Part shown: piece by piece, positions 58,379-64,000 of the stretch
Numbering within the stretch: position 1 is the first letter of the stretch
Layout of the letters: the number at the start of each line of letters is the position of its first letter
DNA from: an uncultured Gammaproteobacteria bacterium
GTDB taxonomy: Bacteria; Patescibacteriota; Microgenomatia; UBA10105; UBA927
Direction of reading: 5' to 3'
Assembly (NCBI GenBank): GCA_964397755.1
Contig: CAYNJY010000003.1
Location: 5,923 to 69,922 of the forward strand
DNA length: 64,000 nucleotides
The notes under the pieces: generated by a model
What the model was told of the DNA's origin: nothing
What the model saw: only the letters and a program-made list of their open reading frames with translations
The model's database searches: none
Translations under genes and position numbers: made by a program

Positions 58379-59749
58379 ATGTTCCGAAGTCCGCGTCGAG
58401 TTTTTTTTGTTCTGTGCGTGCTGACCATCCTCCTCGGTGTCGTTAATCTTCCAGAAAATTACCATCTGAAATTTTCGCTGGGAAAATTCAGAATCGACCG
58501 CAGGATCAACCCCCCGACTCTAGAGTTCAACCTTTTCGGCCTTCGCTGGCAGAAGAAACTGACAACCCACCTCGGTCTAGATCTTTCCGGCGGGAGCCAC
58601 CTCGTTCTTGACGCAGACATGACGGCTGTCGCGCAGGCTGAGAAAAGGGAGGCGCTCGAATCGGCGAAGCAAGTCATCGAACGGCGGGTCAACTTTTTTG
58701 GCGTCTCCGAACCGATCGTTCAGACTGCAATCGGGGAAGGATCGTATCGGATCATTGTCGAGCTTCCGGGCGTTACTGATATCTCACAGGCGGTGGCGAC
58801 CATTGGGCAAACAGCCCGTTTAGAGTTTCGGGAGTTTACCGACCCGGCGGCCGCAACCGGTGCCGCATTCGTCATTCCCACGCTTGCTACCACGACATCG
58901 GTGAACCTTTCCGGCAAAGACCTTGCGCGCGCATCGCTTACGTTTAGCTCGCAAACCGGCGAGCCGGAGGTGGCGCTTGAATTTACCGGAGAAGGAGGGA
59001 AAAAGTTTGCAGAGATAACCCGGAGACTCGAAGCGAAGCTCCTCGCGATATTTCTTGACGAGCTTCCCCTGACCTGGCCGCGGGTAGAAAAGGAGATTAC
59101 CGGCGGACACGCGGTGATTAGCGGCAGCTTCTCCCGCGAAAGCGCGCGTAGACTCGCTCTCCAACTCAACGCCGGCGCCTTGCCCATTCCGGTTCATGTC
59201 GTTGAGAAGCGGACTGTCGAGGCAACGCTTGGGAGAGAGTCGGTCGTTCAAAGCGTACGGGCCGGATTTATCGGCCTCGGCATCGTTGTCGTGTTTATGG
59301 TGCTCCAGTACGGAAGACTTGGGGTGCTCGCGGACATGGCCCTGGTTCTCTACGGGCTTTTAATGTTTGCGCTCATCCGGCTTTTCTCCATCACCCTCAC
59401 GCTTCCCGGCATTGCCGGATTTCTCCTCTCTGTCGGTATGGCGGTAGACAGTAACATTCTCATTTTCGAGCGTTATAAGGAAGAGCTTAGAAGCGGAAAA
59501 CCCTGGCAGATAGCTATCGAGCAGGCGTTTGGAAAAGCATGGGACAGCATCCGAGACGCCAACGTTACGACGATTCTTACCGCGCTTATTCTCTACAACC
59601 CCGGCAACTGGCAGTTTCTTCCCAGCTCCGGCATGGTGCGTGGTTTTGCGGCGACTCTCCTTATCGGGGTCATCACAAGCCTGTTTACCGGGATTGTCGC
59701 GACCCGGACGTTTATACGGGTGCTATATAAAGAGAAGAGGCAGACATGA
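58379..59749 (+). CDS. secD: protein translocase subunit SecD
   Basis: SecD periplasmic and TM domain homology. Confidence 0.9.
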   Translation: MFRSPRRVFFVLCVLTILLGVVNLPENYHLKFSLGKFRIDRRINPPTLEFNLFGLRWQKKLTTHLGLDLSGGSHLVLDADMTAVAQAEKREALESAKQVIERRVNFFGVSEPIVQTAIGEGSYRIIVELPGVTDISQAVATIGQTARLEFREFTDPAAATGAAFVIPTLATTTSVNLSGKDLARASLTFSSQTGEPEVALEFTGEGGKKFAEITRRLEAKLLAIFLDELPLTWPRVEKEITGGHAVISGSFSRESARRLALQLNAGALPIPVHVVEKRTVEATLGRESVVQSVRAGFIGLGIVVVFMVLQYGRLGVLADMALVLYGLLMFALIRLFSITLTLPGIAGFLLSVGMAVDSNILIFERYKEELRSGKPWQIAIEQAFGKAWDSIRDANVTTILTALILYNPGNWQFLPSSGMVRGFAATLLIGVITSLFTGIVATRTFIRVLYKEKRQT

Positions 59750-60639
59750 TTCGATTCAGTAAATATATCTGGTTATATACTATTGTATCTGGAATGGTCT
59801 TGGTACCGGGCATCTACTCCCTCATCCGTTTTGGCCTGCGTCCGTCGATTGACTTTACCGGCGGGACGCTCGTTGAGATACGCTTCGATAAAGCTGTGAC
59901 GCAGTCATCGATCGAGGAAGCCGCAGGAACACAGGGACTTGAACTCGCGTCTCTACAGCGTTCGGCTGATAGAACGTACCTTCTTCGCATGAAACCGGAG
60001 ACCGATGAAACACTCGCGAAATTCCACATAGCACTCGAGGAGATAACAGCGTCGAAACCCCAGCTTGTCCGCAACGAAACCGTCGGTCCGGTGCTCGGGG
60101 GTGAGCTTCTTCAAAAATCGTTCATCGCATCCATTGTTGCGATATCCGGAATACTTCTCTATATCGCGTGGGCGTTTAAGAGTTTGCGTTACGGACTCTC
60201 CGCGGTCGTCGCGCTTTTCCATGATCTTTTGGTTGTCGTCGGCGCCTTTTCTGTCATGGGGAAACTGTATGGTGTGGAGGTTGATACGTTATTTATTACG
60301 GCGGTTCTCACCACCATGAGTTTCTCTGTCCACGATACGATCGTGGTATTCGACCGAATCAGGGAATATCGACGGCGAAACAGAAACGATTCGCTCGCAG
60401 TACTTTCCGATCAGGCGCTAACGGAGACAATGAACAGGAGCATTACCAATTCTATGACCATCGTCTTTACGCTCCTCGCGCTTCTCCTCATGGGAGGAGC
60501 GTCCGTCAAGTGGTTTGTCGTGGCGCTTCTTATCGGCACTGTTTCGGGCACGTACTCCTCACCCTTTGTGGCTACACCCGTTCTGATACTTTTGGATCGA
60601 TGGGAAAGAGGGGGAGACGGTACGACAGGAAGGCGGTAA
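59746..60639 (+). CDS. secF: protein translocase subunit SecF
   Basis: SecF homology, overlaps secD stop. Confidence 0.9.
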   Translation: MIRFSKYIWLYTIVSGMVLVPGIYSLIRFGLRPSIDFTGGTLVEIRFDKAVTQSSIEEAAGTQGLELASLQRSADRTYLLRMKPETDETLAKFHIALEEITASKPQLVRNETVGPVLGGELLQKSFIASIVAISGILLYIAWAFKSLRYGLSAVVALFHDLLVVVGAFSVMGKLYGVEVDTLFITAVLTTMSFSVHDTIVVFDRIREYRRRNRNDSLAVLSDQALTETMNRSITNSMTIVFTLLALLLMGGASVKWFVVALLIGTVSGTYSSPFVATPVLILLDRWERGGDGTTGRR

Positions 60640-60641
60640 GA

Positions 60642-62036
60642 TCAGGAGGTTTGATTGCGCAGTTCTTTGAGCCGGGTCAGGAGCTTCCCCCGTTCGTTAT
60701 GGAGTGAGCCTGATTCCACTTCTGAAAAAAGTTGACTCAGGATCTTGCCCACCAACGGTCCGGGCTTTACGTTGAACTCCTTCATCACGTCGTACCCGTC
60801 AACGTTGAGGTCCGAGACGACAAAGGGTTGCTTCTGTACGTCCTCGAGCCGCTTTTTAAAAAGCTCCAGTCTCCACGAAGTTTCCCTGGCGCCTCCACCG
60901 AGGCGATCGCCGATGCGAAGGGCGAGCATATCATCGAGGTTTTCGCGGCCGACCCTTCGAATAAATCTTCTCAGGGCGCTGTCTGTCTGCCGTTCATCTA
61001 CTGTGAACTGGTGCCAGCGAACGAGAATGAAAAGCTTCTCTGCGTGTTTGTTTGATAGTCTGAGTCTGTGAGCGATATCCCGCGCCATGCGGGAGCCGAC
61101 AACCTCATGATTGTAAAAGGTGATCACCCCGTCTGATGCGTGCTGAAATGTTTTTGGTTTGCCGATATCGTGGAGGAGTGTGGCGAGTCGAACGAGCGGA
61201 TCGGTTGAAGGGCAGTGTTTGAGGGCCATGACTGAGTGGGTGCCGACGTCGTAGACGTGGTGGCGCTTCGGGCTTTTTTGCGGGGTCGCAAAAGAGGAGT
61301 CAAGCTCTGGCAGAACCTCTCCCAGAAGCCCCGCGTTCTTCATGAGAAGGATGCCGTCAGCGGGATGAGGACTCGCAAGGAGTTTGAGAAGTTCGTCGCG
61401 AACGCGCTCCGCCGAGATCTTCTGGATGAGGGGTGCATGCATGTTAATTGAGGCAAGCGTCGGCGGATCAATGAGGAAACCGAGTTCCGCGGCAATCCGA
61501 ATGGCCCGCATCATGCGGAGAGAATCTTCGGAAAAGCGCTGGTTCGGATCTCCAACAGCTCGAATGAGTTTTTTTTTGATATCGGCGTGACCATCGTGCG
61601 GATCGACAACGGTTTTTCCATCGAATGCTATAGCATTGATGGTGAAATCCCGGCGGGCCAGATCTTCCTCTATCGTTTTTCCCCACACGACGTTGTCCGG
61701 ATGCCGATGGTCGATATACCCCCGTTCTTTCCGATATGTGGTAACCTCATAGATGTCTTCTATTTCTCTTTCCTGATCTTGCCCGTTTTGTTTCTTTGTA
61801 GATTTGCCATTTGCAGATGTGTAGATTTTCACCCCGACGGTGCCGAATTGGTTATCGTAGAAACTGTCGGGGAAGAGTTTGAGGATCTCCTCAGGGGCGG
61901 CATTGGTGGTGAAGTCCCATCCAGTCGTCTTCCTTCCTACGATGAGATCCCGCACCGACCCGCCCACGGCATACGCCTCAAAGCCGGCTTTTTTGAGCGT
62001 TTTGATAATTCTTTGGGCCTGTTGTGGGAGTTTCAT
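60642..62036 (-). CDS. cca: CCA-adding tRNA nucleotidyltransferase with HD domain
   Basis: PolyA-pol head GGSVRDLIVGRKTTGWDFTT, HD motif LLHDIGK. Confidence 0.9.
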   Translation of the reverse strand: MKLPQQAQRIIKTLKKAGFEAYAVGGSVRDLIVGRKTTGWDFTTNAAPEEILKLFPDSFYDNQFGTVGVKIYTSANGKSTKKQNGQDQEREIEDIYEVTTYRKERGYIDHRHPDNVVWGKTIEEDLARRDFTINAIAFDGKTVVDPHDGHADIKKKLIRAVGDPNQRFSEDSLRMMRAIRIAAELGFLIDPPTLASINMHAPLIQKISAERVRDELLKLLASPHPADGILLMKNAGLLGEVLPELDSSFATPQKSPKRHHVYDVGTHSVMALKHCPSTDPLVRLATLLHDIGKPKTFQHASDGVITFYNHEVVGSRMARDIAHRLRLSNKHAEKLFILVRWHQFTVDERQTDSALRRFIRRVGRENLDDMLALRIGDRLGGGARETSWRLELFKKRLEDVQKQPFVVSDLNVDGYDVMKEFNVKPGPLVGKILSQLFSEVESGSLHNERGKLLTRLKELRNQTS

Positions 62037-62060
62037 GGTACTGGTATTATACCTTTTACG

Positions 62061-63803
62061 ATGAAGAAGTGGCAGACAAAAAGAACTACCAACTATGCGG
62101 ATATTCCCGCTTTATTACTTAAAAATCGAGGACTCAAGACGAAGAAAGAAGTCCAAGATTTCCTCAAGCCCCCTAGCCCCTATACCCTAAGCCCTCTTGA
62201 CGTTGGGATAGAGAAACGACAACTTGCCAAGGCCCTCAGCCGGCTTAAGAAAGCCCTCAAGGACAAAGAGTCTATCGTCGTGTACGCTGACTACGACGCA
62301 GACGGCATCACCGCCGGCGCGATCATGTGGGAGACGCTGCACTGGTTGGGAGCCAACGTCATGCCCTACATTCCCCACAGGGTAGAGGAAGGGTATGGGT
62401 TGTCAATCAAAGGCATCGATCGAGTGAGAGAAGAGTACGATCCAAGCCTCATTATCACGGTTGATCATGGGGTGACGGCCAAAGAAAAAGTTGCTTATGC
62501 GAAAAAACTGGGCATTGAGGTTATCGTCACTGACCACCACGTTATGTCCAAGGTAGTCCCTGATTGCACAACGGTCCACACGACTCAGCTCTCTGGAGCA
62601 GGTGTTGCCTGGTTTCTGACAAAAGAAGTTCTTGGGGAGGTGACAGGGTCTCGCCCTGTCAAGACCCTGTCTGCTTTCGATAGGGAACTTCTTGCCCTTG
62701 CTGCCATTGGCTCGATTGCAGACATGGTGCCGCTTGTTGGTGCTAACCGGTCAATCGTCAAGTACGGACTTGAGGCGCTGAACCAAACCAAGCGTGTCGG
62801 GCTCGAGGCTTTGATGACCAACGCAGGCTTGGCCAAGGGTGGACTTGGCACGTACGATGTTTCCCATATGCTTGCACCCCGGCTTAACGCCATGGGGAGG
62901 CTTGAGCACGCGCTCGACGCGCTACGACTTTTGTGTACGAAAAAAGAAGAGCGGGCGATATTGCTTGCGCAAAAATTGGGACTCACCAACCGCGAACGCC
63001 AGCAGCTGACCGAAGAAACGGTGTTGCACGCCCGGGAGCTCTATCAGGGTCAGACCTTGAAAGAAAAAGGTCTGACCTTATCAAAGTCAAAGCTCATTTT
63101 CATTGCCCATGAATCATACAACCAAGGAGTCATCGGCTTGGTGGCCGGAAAACTCGTTGAGGAGTTTTACCTTCCGGCTGTTGTGGTTGCCAAGGGAGAG
63201 GAGTATTCGAAGGCATCAGCTCGGTCGATCAATGGCTTCGATGTCATTGAAGCCATTCGCTCTTGCAGTGACATGCTGGTTGATGTCGGCGGCCACCCCA
63301 TGGCCGCGGGGTTTACGGTAGAGACAAGGCACCTTGATGAGCTACGAAAGAGACTTGAAAAGATAGCTGACAATGAGCTTGACGAAGAGAAGCTGACGCG
63401 CGTTCTCAAAATCGATCTCGAATTGCCGCTTGCGGCAGTGACTGAAGAACTCTGGAAAGCTATTCAAGACTTTGCGCCCTTCGGCTTCGGCAACCCGGAG
63501 CCGGTGTTTGCTACACGAAATGTTCAGATTGTTGAGTCCAGATTGGTTGGCACCGACGGCAAGCACCTCAAATTAAAAGTAACAAATAACCCCACCATTC
63601 CTCCCCTTACTGTAAGGGGAGGCCAGGAGGTGTTAGCCATCGACGCCATCGCCTTCAACCAAGGAAACCTCTACAGAAAGCTTCGTTCCGATGTTCTCGT
63701 TGACATCGCCTACACTATCGACATGGACACGTGGAATGGGAAGAAGAAGCTCCAGCTTAAAATTAAAGATATACACTCTCTTAAGTTAAATTTCAAAGAT
63801 TGA
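62061..63803 (+). CDS. recJ: single-stranded-DNA-specific exonuclease RecJ
   Basis: DHH motifs (YADYDADGITAG, VTDHH) and DHHA1; ATG 62061 within ORF 61587 that otherwise runs antisense through cca. Confidence 0.9.
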   Translation: MKKWQTKRTTNYADIPALLLKNRGLKTKKEVQDFLKPPSPYTLSPLDVGIEKRQLAKALSRLKKALKDKESIVVYADYDADGITAGAIMWETLHWLGANVMPYIPHRVEEGYGLSIKGIDRVREEYDPSLIITVDHGVTAKEKVAYAKKLGIEVIVTDHHVMSKVVPDCTTVHTTQLSGAGVAWFLTKEVLGEVTGSRPVKTLSAFDRELLALAAIGSIADMVPLVGANRSIVKYGLEALNQTKRVGLEALMTNAGLAKGGLGTYDVSHMLAPRLNAMGRLEHALDALRLLCTKKEERAILLAQKLGLTNRERQQLTEETVLHARELYQGQTLKEKGLTLSKSKLIFIAHESYNQGVIGLVAGKLVEEFYLPAVVVAKGEEYSKASARSINGFDVIEAIRSCSDMLVDVGGHPMAAGFTVETRHLDELRKRLEKIADNELDEEKLTRVLKIDLELPLAAVTEELWKAIQDFAPFGFGNPEPVFATRNVQIVESRLVGTDGKHLKLKVTNNPTIPPLTVRGGQEVLAIDAIAFNQGNLYRKLRSDVLVDIAYTIDMDTWNGKKKLQLKIKDIHSLKLNFKD

Positions 63804-63909
63804 TTATGTACGTTCTTTTGAGCCTGTACCGCGGGTCGTTCCACCTTCTGGCTTAGAGGGTGAGAAGCAAATGAACAAGTTGTTCGAATAATTCTGGCCA
63901 CACACTCGA

Positions 63910-64000
63910 TCAGAAGGTTATCGCTCTCTTCAACCGTTCATCTTCAGATAGAGGCTCACCACCTCCACCCGTGCCCTCACCTCCTTCTGGTCTTAAATCA
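63910..64000 (-). CDS. 3' end of a minus-strand gene running off the window (C-terminus ...GGEGTGGGGEPLSEDERLKRAITF)
   Basis: Open frame to window edge with stop at 63910-63912; identity unknown. Confidence 0.3.
   Translation of the reverse strand, partial: DLRPEGGEGTGGGGEPLSEDERLKRAITF

Noticed and set aside
61587-62060. N-terminal 158 aa of the 738-aa track ORF 61587-63803
   Set aside because: This portion runs antisense through cca and has no RecJ homology; RecJ starts at ATG 62061.
1-64000. CRISPR arrays, transposases, toxin-antitoxin or restriction-modification systems
   Set aside because: No regularly spaced direct repeats, cas-like genes, DDE/HUH transposase motifs or methyltransferase motifs were seen anywhere in the window.

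Overview
This window is a dense housekeeping locus from a moderate-GC bacterium, apparently of an uncultured small-genome lineage. It is CPR/Patescibacteria-like: rpmD (L30) is absent, several r-proteins carry extensions, and many genes lack Shine-Dalgarno sequences. This assignment is an inference.

Gene order, 5' to 3':
- mltG, rpoB, rpoC, rpsL, rpsG.
- A ~6.5 kb block that interrupts the str operon, carrying an HhH-GPD glycosylase, two secreted GSDH-type beta-propeller dehydrogenases, a cupredoxin, a VOC/glyoxalase protein, and on the minus strand a DipZ-like CcdA-thioredoxin fusion plus a membrane thioredoxin.
- fusA, tuf, then the S10/spc/alpha ribosomal cluster from rpsJ to rplQ. It includes secY, adk, an inserted cmk, map, infA and rpmJ, and is followed by rplM-rpsI.
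- A P2-type cation ATPase, tRNA-Pro(GGG) on the minus strand, recA-recX-rny and hup.
- An ABC transporter with one ATPase and four paralogous ABC-2/DUF990-like permeases, then a LytR_C protein and a HAD hydrolase.
- miaB-miaA, an AI-2E transporter, RNase P RNA (rnpB, minus strand; not in the ORF track), a 59-aa excisionase-type HTH gene, comM/yifB, and a 46-aa zinc-ribbon gene.
- A DUF4446-like, DUF3048-like and wHTH-nucleotidyltransferase trio, then secD-secF, cca (minus strand) and recJ.

No CRISPR array, transposase or phage structural genes were seen.

Most notable observations:
- secY carries an in-frame TAG at a conserved position, although TAG is used as a normal stop elsewhere in the window.
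- The str operon is split by a putative extracytoplasmic redox/copper module.
- Promoter plus terminator-like leaders lie upstream of rplC and fusA.
- Several long perfect or near-perfect palindromes sit in leaders of the VOC gene, the ABC operon and miaB.
- Three small features (rnpB, the HTH gene, the zinc-ribbon gene) are missing from the ORF track.
- Two 12-mers are shared between two distant intergenic regions.
- AT-rich spacers with a GTTTACAGTT/TTGAAA motif recur at operon junctions.
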